From: a virus
Lineage: Duplodnaviria; Heunggongvirae; Uroviricota; Caudoviricetes
Length of the DNA stretch: 50,701 nucleotides
Strand: one strand, 5' to 3'
IMG/VR virus record: IMGVR_UViG_3300048813_000140
Span: 1-50,701 of that record
Made by a program: the position numbers and the translations under genes. The stretch's first letter is position 1, and each line of letters begins with the position of its first letter. Below are positions 31,238 through 40,076 of the stretch, in pieces. The notes beneath the pieces were generated by a model. The model was not told the DNA's origin. It saw only the letters and a program-made list of their open reading frames with translations, and made no database searches.

Positions 31238-31719
31238 TTGAATCCCCATTTCTTAGCCAACATTTTACGTTTCATTTTAGGTAACGAGCGAGACTGTAGA
31301 TGTGACTTGCCATTCAAATGGTCCATCTCATGCTGAACACATACTGCGAAGATGGCATTGAACACCCTCTTTTGGAGTTCACCCTTTTCATTCTGGAATT
31401 CTATCTCTACCCACTCAGATCTTTCGTCAAGTTGTAGATATTCCCCAGGAGCGGATAGACAGCCTTCAGACAACTTTGCTGATACCAATGACTTCCTGAT
31501 AATCCTAGGATTAATTACGTAAAGTACGTCTTCATCCCATGTAAGCATTACGAACATACTGTAAAGTAAGCCTACCTGATTTGCCGCTAAACCCATCCCG
31601 TGTTTTTCCACCATGATCTCGTACATTGAATCTAGCAATACTTTGAGTTCTGGACCAAATACGGTAACTGGATCGCATTTTTTGAATAATGATGGATGAG
31701 GATATTTTAAAATTTCCAT
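31234..31719 (-). CDS. def: Peptide deformylase
   Basis: All three PDF motifs: GMGLAANQVG, EGCLS and QHEMDHLNG. Confidence 0.95.
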   Translation of the reverse strand: MEILKYPHPSLFKKCDPVTVFGPELKVLLDSMYEIMVEKHGMGLAANQVGLLYSMFVMLTWDEDVLYVINPRIIRKSLVSAKLSEGCLSAPGEYLQLDERSEWVEIEFQNEKGELQKRVFNAIFAVCVQHEMDHLNGKSHLQSRSLPKMKRKMLAKKWGFK

Positions 31720-32042
31720 TCTAACCTCAATAGAGACTTGGATTGCCCAATATCAGCTTTCATAGAAGTACACACTCCAAAGTTGGGCAATGTGAAAGTA
31801 GCAGCTTTGTCTGCTATACCTTTTATTAGAAAAACTCCACCGGCAACCACATTTGCGTTGTTACCTAGATAGTCACGAACGTCGCTTTCGGCATTCTTTG
31901 TTACTTTGGTTTCGAATTGATTCATTTCGGTTTCTACGCCAGATTGCTTGGAACCGGCAGTCAACGCATTATTACACGCAAGCTGGTTTTGACCAGAAAG
32001 TCCGACGCAGGAAGTAACTATCAAGGTCTCGATAAGACTCAC
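31707..32042 (-). CDS. Hypothetical exported/lipoprotein-like protein
   Basis: GTG start; hydrophobic N-terminus with Cys (LIVTSCVG). Confidence 0.55.
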   Translation of the reverse strand: MSLIETLIVTSCVGLSGQNQLACNNALTAGSKQSGVETEMNQFETKVTKNAESDVRDYLGNNANVVAGGVFLIKGIADKAATFTLPNFGVCTSMKADIGQSKSLLRLEWKF

Positions 32043-32043
32043 G

Positions 32044-32259
32044 TTATTCCTCTTCGTGGGTAGAATTCCACCAGTCTTGTTCTATATCTGAGTCGGTCTC
32101 TCCATCTGGAACTTCCTTACTTAGGATTTTATCAGATAATTCCATTAGATGAGCGATCTTCTTTTGATCGGTTGTCGAATTTATCATTTCTCCGATAGCC
32201 TTAAATGCTTCCTTGGATGATAATCTCTCTTTTTGCCACTCGATGCACAACATACACAT
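32044..32259 (-). CDS. Hypothetical protein (71 aa)
   Basis: ORF tightly packed in the operon. Confidence 0.6.
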   Translation of the reverse strand: MCMLCIEWQKERLSSKEAFKAIGEMINSTTDQKKIAHLMELSDKILSKEVPDGETDSDIEQDWWNSTHEEE

Positions 32260-32262
32260 AAT

Positions 32263-32775
32263 TTATTCTTCCTTTTCTATATTATACCATTCCTTGGTGT
32301 GTATGTCAAAAGGTTTAACATCATAGCCAATATAAAGAGGATGAGACGGCGATCCATCTTTGTTGAGCTTTAGAGCTACGGCTTTACAATCATTTTCTTT
32401 TATTAGATCTAGGACTTGTTTTCCACGGGCATTTAAGGAGCCATGCTTGCCCCAACCACAGAGGGTTACATCGCATGCCAGGGCTGTCCATTTTATGAAG
32501 TAATCATTTTCTGGGCCAACTGGATCTTCTACGTTGTAGAGTTCTTTTGGATCTGTGGATCTGTAAGCAAATGCATTTACGACAATTATGCCACCAAACC
32601 CCAATTTCTTGGCTCGCTCAACGCACCTAGCTATGGTAGGATCATTCTCTACTTCATCTGCCGTACTTGGATTAAGCATACAAAAAGCCATCCTAGGTTT
32701 GGTATCGTCCCAAATCCTATGAAGGCTGTATCTGTACTTTTTACACGGTGAAAACTTTGCACCAGAGTAAATCAT
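32263..32775 (-). CDS. DUF1643-family protein
   Basis: AKFSPCKKYRYSL.R.W, FCMLNPSTAD..NDPTI.RC, NAFAYRSTDP, GWG.HG and HPLY. Confidence 0.88.
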   Translation of the reverse strand: MIYSGAKFSPCKKYRYSLHRIWDDTKPRMAFCMLNPSTADEVENDPTIARCVERAKKLGFGGIIVVNAFAYRSTDPKELYNVEDPVGPENDYFIKWTALACDVTLCGWGKHGSLNARGKQVLDLIKENDCKAVALKLNKDGSPSHPLYIGYDVKPFDIHTKEWYNIEKEE

Positions 32776-33308
32776 CTACACGCTGCCCAATGTTTATATA
32801 TTGACACTATCTGATTTTTAAAATCATTCTGCGTGTGATCTTTTTTCATGAAATTGCAAAATTTACAAGCTGTCAAAACGTTCCTAACAGTATAGCCCTT
32901 ATCAGAATTAATCCTATCTATTCCGTTATATTCAAACGTTCTACTGCCCCTGGTTTTCAAATTAGACTTAGGATTGCCACAATAAAAGCATGGGTTTTTC
33001 AGAAGTGACAAGAATTACTTACTAGATAATTTGAACGGTAAGTCTTTTTTCCAAGCTCGAAATTTATAATCACGCATTATAATCATAGACATAGCTTCTT
33101 CTAAAGGCTTAGATTTACACTTTCCACATTGGTTAACTTTTGTTTTACGTAAATTATTTGAAGCTACAATGGTTTTTCGCCCACATTCACAAACACAATT
33201 CCAATGAGATCTACTTTTGAAAATATGAGAAAACCCAGTTACTAAAAGTGCTCCAAACCGTTTAGCCGTCAAATCTTTAACTCTAGTGTTCATCGGTATT
33301 AGTTTCAT
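32772..33308 (-). pseudogene. HNH endonuclease interrupted by one in-frame TAA (33015-33017)
   Basis: Track ORFs 33015..33308 and 32772..33011 are in the same frame: ...LPFKLSSK*FLSLLKNPCFYCG...NGIDRINSDKGY..NVLTACKFCNFMK. Collinear with the intact HNH at 38903..39526. Confidence 0.85.
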
Positions 33309-34515
33309 CTGAAAGATAATCCTCTGAGACCCATTTTAGAGCTTGTTTGTTGCCACCAACGCTGTAATCATGCATGGATTTGATTACAATGCCTTCGCGC
33401 ACCTTCTCGACACCACCATTGAATTTGGATGGTCCCTTAGTCAGTGCATAGGCCATCTCTTTGTTATATGGACCACGATAAAGTAGTGGAACGTACTTAA
33501 AACCGCGATTCATTGCGTACATTTCGACTTCATCTGGGATCATCCAAAATTGAGTTCCATCTACATTCATGACCTTAACATCAAAAAGTACGAATTCGTG
33601 TTCTTTGAGACCATACGAGTAGTTCTTTTGGATGCCTGGACCGACGATTTCTCCGAATACCGATTCCCCAAGCTTAATCTTGTTGAAAACGTCTATTTTG
33701 CTGAATACGGAACCGTATACATCTTCACCGTAGAATCCTTTATAGCTGGACTTAGCTGAAATCTCAACATTGTTAGACCCATAGCAGTTCTCAGTCTCAG
33801 GAGCGAGTCCTAGAAATTTTTTGATTTTCTTGAAGAACGTATTGGCTTCAAACGGTTGAATCGAGGCACGAGCGTTGGTACCATGTAACTTCTCCTGAAT
33901 GACTACTTGAGTCTCTTCAGTGAACTTATTAGGGAACCACTTAACGTTGTCCAATCCATTGTATTTGTGGAAATTTACGTGCTCAGTCTTCTTATTGCGT
34001 TGACCCTTAGGACCAGGCAAATGAATCTGCTTAACCGGTGGCTCATACTTGGTAACGCCAAGAATCAACTTAAGATCCTGTTCATCAGTAAAATATTTTG
34101 CGTTAACCAGTGAAGAGATTTCTTCAGGGCTAATTAGCATACCTTGAGAAGCAAGACCGCGCAGCTTGATCTGACGAACCCTGTGATGGTGTAATTTGAC
34201 CTTGGAACCTTCAGGGAATAACATGTATTCAAGCTTTTCGGGTAGAATAGAGTCGATAGGAATGTAAATAGCCTTGTCGCCTACTTTATAGCGACCCTTG
34301 GAGACCACAACTTGGAACCCATAAACTGTAGCTATCTCTAGACGTTCAGCGTTGCTATGCGGTTGAATGTCCAAAATAGACGTATAGGGGACCTTGTAGG
34401 TAGTACCTTCTTCTGGAGCCTCTGTTGGTGCTAAATCTGGTGGACGCAAGACGCTTGGTTCTGCAGGTTTATTTGGGTCAAACCATCTATTTTTCCACAA
34501 ATTGTACAATCCCAT
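33283..34515 (-). CDS. RNA ligase (DRB0094/Rnl2-like) with N-terminal OB/tRNA-binding-like domain
   Basis: N-terminal IQPHSNAERLE..V.GFQVVV.KG; motif I EKLHGTN, motif III GEIVGPGIQ, IIIa FVLFDV, IV REGIVIK and V KWVSEDYL. Confidence 0.9.
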   Translation of the reverse strand: MGLYNLWKNRWFDPNKPAEPSVLRPPDLAPTEAPEEGTTYKVPYTSILDIQPHSNAERLEIATVYGFQVVVSKGRYKVGDKAIYIPIDSILPEKLEYMLFPEGSKVKLHHHRVRQIKLRGLASQGMLISPEEISSLVNAKYFTDEQDLKLILGVTKYEPPVKQIHLPGPKGQRNKKTEHVNFHKYNGLDNVKWFPNKFTEETQVVIQEKLHGTNARASIQPFEANTFFKKIKKFLGLAPETENCYGSNNVEISAKSSYKGFYGEDVYGSVFSKIDVFNKIKLGESVFGEIVGPGIQKNYSYGLKEHEFVLFDVKVMNVDGTQFWMIPDEVEMYAMNRGFKYVPLLYRGPYNKEMAYALTKGPSKFNGGVEKVREGIVIKSMHDYSVGGNKQALKWVSEDYLSDETNTDEH

Positions 34516-34516
34516 A

Positions 34517-34720
34517 CTAAGTCTCTCCTGACATATCCTGACCTAGAGTTTCTTTTTCTAACTGCATAACTGCGCGATCTTTAGCGTTGGCTAGTTCAAT
34601 CTGAATTTGATCCCTTTCGATCTCCAGACGCTTCTTTTGAGTCTCAAGTTCCAGAACCTGAGCTGTTTGACTGTCGATCTTTGCTTTTCCTGCTTTAGTA
34701 CCAAATAAATTATTGAACAT
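34517..34720 (-). CDS. Hypothetical coiled-coil protein
   Basis: ATG 34720 (MFNNLFG) is preceded by AGGAG. Confidence 0.6.
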   Translation of the reverse strand: MFNNLFGTKAGKAKIDSQTAQVLELETQKKRLEIERDQIQIELANAKDRAVMQLEKETLGQDMSGET

Positions 34721-34771
34721 TTTGTTCTCCTTTTTCTCTATATTATCACATGTAATTTTTATAGTAAACAC

Positions 34772-34993
34772 TTATTTCTCAAAGGGTCCATATATTGACT
34801 CAAATGCTGGATGTAAGCATGGATGAGAATCATCATCTTCGTATTCTTCTACTTGATCTGGAACATGCAGCTTTTGCCACCCATTGATTAGATAGAGGAC
34901 CTCTCCATGCTGTAAATCGTGATCTACGTGTAACTCCAAAAGAAGTTTCTCCATATCAATCATTATGTCGCCAACTCTTCTAAGTGCTCTCAT
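34772..34993 (-). CDS. Hypothetical protein (73 aa)
   Basis: ORF coupled to its upstream neighbour by an ATGA overlap. Confidence 0.6.
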   Translation of the reverse strand: MRALRRVGDIMIDMEKLLLELHVDHDLQHGEVLYLINGWQKLHVPDQVEEYEDDDSHPCLHPAFESIYGPFEK

Positions 34994-35163
34994 ATCTTTA
35001 CAACTTTCTCATTACCGCATTTCTCACATTGAAGAACATGCTTGTGGTACGCAGGATCTTGTCCTGGATACCGTTTGCCACCCCACGTTCCATAGATAGA
35101 TATGACCTGTATGCGCTGCCATTTATGGTCGCATAGCCCCAAAATCTTTCTAAACCAACTCAT
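34990..35163 (-). CDS. Small Cys/His protein (57 aa, below track cut-off)
   Basis: Manual translation MSWFRKILGLCDHKW...VLQCEKCGNEKVVKI; ATGA overlaps at both ends. Confidence 0.7.
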   Translation of the reverse strand: MSWFRKILGLCDHKWQRIQVISIYGTWGGKRYPGQDPAYHKHVLQCEKCGNEKVVKI

Positions 35164-36044
35164 ACTTTCTCCACTAATTTCTGAATCTCTCTAAGAATGG
35201 TTTTATATTGATCTGAAGTTTGGTAAGCTCCACCCAAAGATCCATAATACTCTTCTAAGCATTCCAGCAAGATCTTCTTGACCTGTTCCTCATCTGGACT
35301 ATGACGCAGTGTAGACTGGGAATAGACATGCTCCAAGGACTTTTCCTTGTCGTAAAAGTGCTTCTCAATTTCTTCAATCTTCCAATCTCCACGACGAATA
35401 GCTTTGAGCTGCTCATGGTTACGCATTAGATCGAGATCGTGCTCCGTTAAGATCTGCTCTACTTCATCCAAGAGACGAACAACGTGATAGGCAAACTTTA
35501 CATCGTATCCATACTTCTGAATTGACTCATAGCGTTTAGAAGTTGGATCTGGATCTTTAATTCTCATCTTATGCATTTGAGAATAAGCATAACCCTTGAA
35601 CTTGTGCCAAGCTCCTTTGTGGAGGAAAAGTTTTCGGTTGTCGCGTACATGGTTGGCGACTTTGGTAGAAGCCAAAACACACTGTTCCCTAGTAAATAAA
35701 GAGTCAATCATATTTGGGTTATTACCAAGACACAAGTGGAAGAATTTTACGATATTGTAGATAGATATGTCGTATTCTTTACTGTGATCTTTTTCCACAA
35801 TATTATGCTGTTGGTATTGCTCGAACCTTTGTTTTTCCGTACCAAATCCAAAAATCTCCCCAGCCAAATGTGGAAAAACGAGGTCCTTCGGGGGTATGCA
35901 AAATCCATAGATATCCATGTCTGAGGTATCACTAGAAACTCCATAGGCTACAGAGCCTGTAATAGTTAGATATTGGGTACCTCCAATGACGAATGGAGGA
36001 GGCTTAATTAGACCTTTTGAGTGTAATCTTTCAAGTAGATCCAT
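35160..36044 (-). CDS. Pol-beta-superfamily nucleotidyltransferase (RlaP/YcgL-like)
   Basis: GSVAYG.SSDTSDMDIYG motif, NNPNMIDSL and YDVKFAYHVVRLL. Confidence 0.88.
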   Translation of the reverse strand: MDLLERLHSKGLIKPPPFVIGGTQYLTITGSVAYGVSSDTSDMDIYGFCIPPKDLVFPHLAGEIFGFGTEKQRFEQYQQHNIVEKDHSKEYDISIYNIVKFFHLCLGNNPNMIDSLFTREQCVLASTKVANHVRDNRKLFLHKGAWHKFKGYAYSQMHKMRIKDPDPTSKRYESIQKYGYDVKFAYHVVRLLDEVEQILTEHDLDLMRNHEQLKAIRRGDWKIEEIEKHFYDKEKSLEHVYSQSTLRHSPDEEQVKKILLECLEEYYGSLGGAYQTSDQYKTILREIQKLVEKV

Positions 36045-36201
36045 TTTTGGCCTTCTTTCTCATCTTTTTGAACTCTTTATCGTAAACACCGTCTTTATCA
36101 TATGGAAAGTACAGTATGACTCTACATTTAGAGCATATTAATCCACCCATTTTAATGATTAGAGACTGAGGTTTCTCACACTTAGTACAATAGTACTTCA
36201 T
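36031..36201 (-). CDS. Small Zn-ribbon protein (56 aa)
   Basis: MKYYCTKC...CSKC; ATG 36201 overlaps the TGA of the upstream gene. Confidence 0.65.
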   Translation of the reverse strand: MKYYCTKCEKPQSLIIKMGGLICSKCRVILYFPYDKDGVYDKEFKKMRKKAKNGST

Positions 36202-36479
36202 GGCTCTAGACCTTTGAGTTTTTTCATTAAAAATGTGAATTGTTTCTCTATTGATAGTTTTTGCGGGACATCGATCCAAACGGCATCGTCTGCCTTGGCT
36301 TTGTCCAAGAAATTGGGTACATCTAAGTCTGGGGATATGAATACATCAGCGCCTAAGTCCAGCGCATCATTAAGCCAAATCTCGTCTGGATCGTTTCCAG
36401 CTGTACGCACTACTTCATAGTGCTGTTTAAGCCTTTGTACGACGTATTTCGAGATTTGGTTGTCGATTGCTAGTTTCAT
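36198..36479 (-). CDS. PIN-like domain protein (DUF5615/Mut7-C-like)
   Basis: MKLAIDNQIS..V..L, G..PDEIWL..A and VFISPDLD match the compact PIN acidic-residue layout. Confidence 0.6.
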   Translation of the reverse strand: MKLAIDNQISKYVVQRLKQHYEVVRTAGNDPDEIWLNDALDLGADVFISPDLDVPNFLDKAKADDAVWIDVPQKLSIEKQFTFLMKKLKGLEP

Positions 36480-36487
36480 ACTTCATA

Positions 36488-38116
36488 TTATATGCCACAA
36501 ACACCGTTAACGCAAGAAGTTTCGTTCTCTTCGAAGACAACGCCTTCATTTGCTAGGGCTTCTTCTAGGGTAACCCTAGTTAAAGGCTGACCACCACGGC
36601 ATCCATCGGGGTAAACCGTGAATCCTCTTAGTCTTTTCGCATATTTAAGTAGAACTGCTGCATTTTTCTCATAATTAGACGCATTATTGGCGTCAGATTC
36701 CCATGGAGGCATATTGCAAGTGCTTGAGATGGACATATCTACGTAGTTTTGAACATCTGCCTGAAACTTAACGCGCTGTTTAAAACTTAGATCATATGAA
36801 TCTCTGATATTTTCTACTTTTACACCTTGATCTATCAATCTTTTGACGGTCCCATCTACTACGTACTGATGAACCCAAGCACCTTCTGTGTTTCTGTACC
36901 TGCGTTTATATGCCTTACAGAATAAGGGTTCGATTCCTGTGGTAGTTTCTGCGATAATGCCGATTGTTCCAGTGGGAGCGATGGCCCTAACACCTTTAGG
37001 CACCGACACGTTGAGCTGTTTAGAGCCAACGTATGCCATTCCATCGGATTCTTCTTTGTATATCGATAGCCATTTATGTAATTCTGGGGTTACTTCATAC
37101 TCATAACCGCGTTGCATGAGCCATTCGTGCATTCCACCGAGGCCAAGTCCTATCCTGTTGTTCTTCTGTCCGATTTCTTTGATAAGTTGTGTTGGTACAT
37201 CAGAATAGATACCGCCGCATAGCAGGAAAAGTGTCGCATATTTGCAACATTCACCGAAATCTTCTTTGGTCTTGAACATGTTCATCCAAATGGTACCCAA
37301 ATTACATTTATCGCTGTCATCTTCTGTCGTAACTTCTGTGCAAGCGTTTCGGAGATTCTCATTATCCTTACGGAAATTAAAAATCATTCCTGGCTCAGCC
37401 GTAGAGAAGGCTTGTCTGCAATTGTCTAGCCATACTTTCTTAGCATGCTCATGTTTAGGATGATTCTCGTCTTCTACCGCAATGAAAAACTCAGTATTGT
37501 AATCTACGGAAATATTGGTTAGTTCCATGGGTACTGGGAAGTTGAAGTCTTTCTCTTTTATTGCCTTGATCTCTGGAGAGTAGTCTTTTAGGTGGATGAA
37601 TTTAAAAACGTCTTTGTGATCCCATCGCAATCCAGCCCAAATAGCCGATCTACGTTGTCCGCCCTGCATTATATATCGGCCCGCTTCGTTAACCATATTG
37701 GCAAGAGCGATAGGTCCTGTGGCCTTTCCACCAGTTCTGCGAATGATTTCATTCTCAGCCCTAACGGACGAATAATTTATGCCGATACCGCCACCAGTCA
37801 TGAGGGACGCGGTACATTTTTGCATCAGATCTGCCCAGCCTTCGCGACTGTCTTCTGCTCTGAATAAAAAGCAGTTGTTGACTTGGTGAAATGGTCTTCC
37901 GGCAGAATAAAGGTAGCGACCGCCTGGAATGAACTTTCGTTCTATCATATATTTGAGAATTTTCTCTTTAGTCTTTGAATCCAACAACTGTCCACATACC
38001 GCGTTAACTACGCGGGCACAGGTATCTTTCCAGCTTTCCTGTCCATCCATCGAGTATTTTTGGAGGTAAATGTCTTGGGCAAATTTATTCGAGAAAACGT
38101 CAAAGGCGCTTTTCAT
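36488..38116 (-). CDS. nrdJ: Ribonucleotide reductase, probably class II (B12-dependent)
   Basis: PGGRY, NNCF, GGGIG, NACTE (NPCxE-like), CNLG, LGLG and IAPTGT. Compact, with no ATP cone and no adjacent small subunit. Confidence 0.8.
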   Translation of the reverse strand: MKSAFDVFSNKFAQDIYLQKYSMDGQESWKDTCARVVNAVCGQLLDSKTKEKILKYMIERKFIPGGRYLYSAGRPFHQVNNCFLFRAEDSREGWADLMQKCTASLMTGGGIGINYSSVRAENEIIRRTGGKATGPIALANMVNEAGRYIMQGGQRRSAIWAGLRWDHKDVFKFIHLKDYSPEIKAIKEKDFNFPVPMELTNISVDYNTEFFIAVEDENHPKHEHAKKVWLDNCRQAFSTAEPGMIFNFRKDNENLRNACTEVTTEDDSDKCNLGTIWMNMFKTKEDFGECCKYATLFLLCGGIYSDVPTQLIKEIGQKNNRIGLGLGGMHEWLMQRGYEYEVTPELHKWLSIYKEESDGMAYVGSKQLNVSVPKGVRAIAPTGTIGIIAETTTGIEPLFCKAYKRRYRNTEGAWVHQYVVDGTVKRLIDQGVKVENIRDSYDLSFKQRVKFQADVQNYVDMSISSTCNMPPWESDANNASNYEKNAAVLLKYAKRLRGFTVYPDGCRGGQPLTRVTLEEALANEGVVFEENETSCVNGVCGI

Positions 38117-38136
38117 TAATGACTCCTAAAATGTAT

Positions 38137-38301
38137 TTATTTTATGTAAGGTAAATTGTAAATATTTCCATGTTTGTCATGGACTGTCCTGCATTCGTAA
38201 CATCCGACCATGGTACCTATAGATCTATTCCATACCGTTAACTGCCTATGCGATCTAAACAAGCAATGGAAAAACCACTTTATTGCGTATAAAAATAACA
38301 T
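38137..38301 (-). CDS. Small Cys/His protein (54 aa, below track cut-off)
   Basis: Manual translation MLFLYAIKWFFHCLFRSH...GCYECRTVH...; start overlaps the upstream stop. Confidence 0.55.
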   Translation of the reverse strand: MLFLYAIKWFFHCLFRSHRQLTVWNRSIGTMVGCYECRTVHDKHGNIYNLPYIK

Positions 38302-38906
38302 TACTTATTCCTGTGTTCTTCAATCAATTCAATAATTTGTGCAAGAGAAACTGGCTTGAAATCCCAAACATCAACACCTACGTTAATCATTAGAGATCCT
38401 TTTGGGGACAATTTGGTTTTCCAGTGCTGGTGTATGTGGCCACAAAGCAATATCCTGCCTTCATCCATGGGTCGCCATCTAGCATATTTGTCGCCTCTAT
38501 TGCTGTCATCTTCATATGGATGATGACACATGTCTACAAATCCAACATTATCTCCTAAATCTATTACGACCTGTTCATTTAGGACTTCCCAACCGTGTTG
38601 TTCATAGAATTCGATCCATTTTTTTTGATTCTCTAATTTACGACTTTTCTTATGGTACGAATGGGTCCAATCGTGATTTCCGCTTATTAAGCGTTTTTTA
38701 CCCATCAATCTGGACGAATATACCTCTACTGGTCTTATGGCTAAACTAAAATCGCCTAAACAATAAACCGTATCATCTGGATCAACAATTTCATTCCAAT
38801 TCTTGATCATAATTTCATTCATTTCTTCTACAGAAGAAAATGGACGGTTACAATACCTAATCACATTTTGATGATAAAAATGGCTATCCGAAGAAAAATA
38901 TATCAT
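38301..38906 (-). CDS. Calcineurin-like metallophosphoesterase
   Basis: SDSHF, LGDF, GNHD, CHHP and GHIH motifs. Confidence 0.92.
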   Translation of the reverse strand: MIYFSSDSHFYHQNVIRYCNRPFSSVEEMNEIMIKNWNEIVDPDDTVYCLGDFSLAIRPVEVYSSRLMGKKRLISGNHDWTHSYHKKSRKLENQKKWIEFYEQHGWEVLNEQVVIDLGDNVGFVDMCHHPYEDDSNRGDKYARWRPMDEGRILLCGHIHQHWKTKLSPKGSLMINVGVDVWDFKPVSLAQIIELIEEHRNK

Positions 38907-39526
38907 TTTATTAATCCTTTATTTTGCATATGAGAATAAATCTTAGAAATCCATTTTACAAAATCCTCTACAGACATAGAATTCTTTGCAAAATTACATG
39001 TAGTACAACAAGAGCATACGTTGTCAGACATGTATGGTAATGAACTATTTATTCTATCTATACCATTATACAGAATGTCACCACTATCAGCCCAGTCTTT
39101 GGCTGAAGTCACATACTTTCCAGACTTGCTTTTATAAACATTGTACGGTTGGTTGGGTTCTACTCCACAATATGTACAGTTTTCACTAAACAGTATTACG
39201 CATTCCTCAAAGGTTAAAAACCACTCAATATTTCTTCTTATTGAGGTATTTTTATATCTCCTTACCAAAGATTTATAAGAAACGTTTTTGGCAGATTCTG
39301 ATTTTCTATTTCCATGACCAAAAGTAAAATTGGAACATCCACACGACTTTGTGATTCCATTTATTAAGTGTTTTCCTCGAACATTTCTTACATTTCCACA
39401 ATCGCATAGGCATTCCCATTGACCACTAACACCATTTGCTTCTACTTTTGTCAATTTTTTAATTACCGTCAACATGTTGAATTTTAATTTACGTAAATCT
39501 TGACCATAAAATCTAGGCTCTGTCAT
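38903..39526 (-). mobile_element. HNH homing endonuclease
   Basis: WECLCDCG..SCGC N-terminus; CTYCG..NGIDRINS..Y..NVCSCCTTCNFAK. Confidence 0.88.
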
Positions 39527-39849
39527 ACTTCCTCATGCCTGATTTTTCTTTTGATTCTATTGCCCTGGTCATCGTCTTCTTCAATCTCTACTTGACCTTG
39601 TGCAGCATCTATCTTGAGCTTGAGCCAAGACTGAAACTGAGGAGTGTTAACACATCGCTCAAAGGCTAATTTTCTATTTTGGGACTGTTTTCTGCTCTCT
39701 TCAGATTCTCCCATGGCACCGGACGGTTCGTGGAAACACTGTATGGCAGAACTAGTCTTATTCTTTTTCTGTCCACCGCTTCCAGATCCTCGCTTTTCTT
39801 TGAAGTCAAAATCTTTTTCGGTGATACTGAAAAGGAGTTGTCTTGCCAT
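39523..39849 (-). CDS. Stand-alone class I release-factor domain-3 protein (ArfB/PrfH-like, GGQ)
   Basis: RGSGSGGQKKNKTSSAIQCFHEPSG..S..RKQ.QNRKLAF.R matches the RF-1 peptidyl-tRNA hydrolase domain; basic C-tail. Confidence 0.88.
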   Translation of the reverse strand: MARQLLFSITEKDFDFKEKRGSGSGGQKKNKTSSAIQCFHEPSGAMGESEESRKQSQNRKLAFERCVNTPQFQSWLKLKIDAAQGQVEIEEDDDQGNRIKRKIRHEEV

Positions 39850-39850
39850 A

Positions 39851-40048
39851 CTAAGATTGCTCTGGAGTTGCCTGAGGAGGTTTCTCCAAGTCTAACTTAT
39901 TGTAGATAGTTTTGACGCTTACTCCCAAAATCTTGGCAGCTTCTACTTTGTTACCCATCGTTTTCTTCAAGACGATATCCAGATATGCCTTTTCTAGCGT
40001 TGCAAGAGTTGGTAAGCCGGAAATGTCTAAGGTTATTTGATTGTCCAT
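39851..40048 (-). CDS. Fis-like helix-turn-helix protein
   Basis: TLATLEKAYL..VL....GNKVEAAKILGVSVKTIYNKL; ATG 40048 is preceded by GAGG. Confidence 0.85.
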   Translation of the reverse strand: MDNQITLDISGLPTLATLEKAYLDIVLKKTMGNKVEAAKILGVSVKTIYNKLDLEKPPQATPEQS

Positions 40049-40076
40049 TATATCCTCGTTGGTCAATTATATCACA

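Noticed and set aside
32772-33308. Genome-wide stop-codon reassignment suggested by the in-frame TAA
   Set aside because: TAA, TAG and TGA all end genes with tight start/stop overlaps, and multi-kb ORFs are uninterrupted under code 11.
36488-38116. Intein or intron in the RNR
   Set aside because: The 542-aa ORF is continuous and compact, with no intein splice motifs or extra domain evident.
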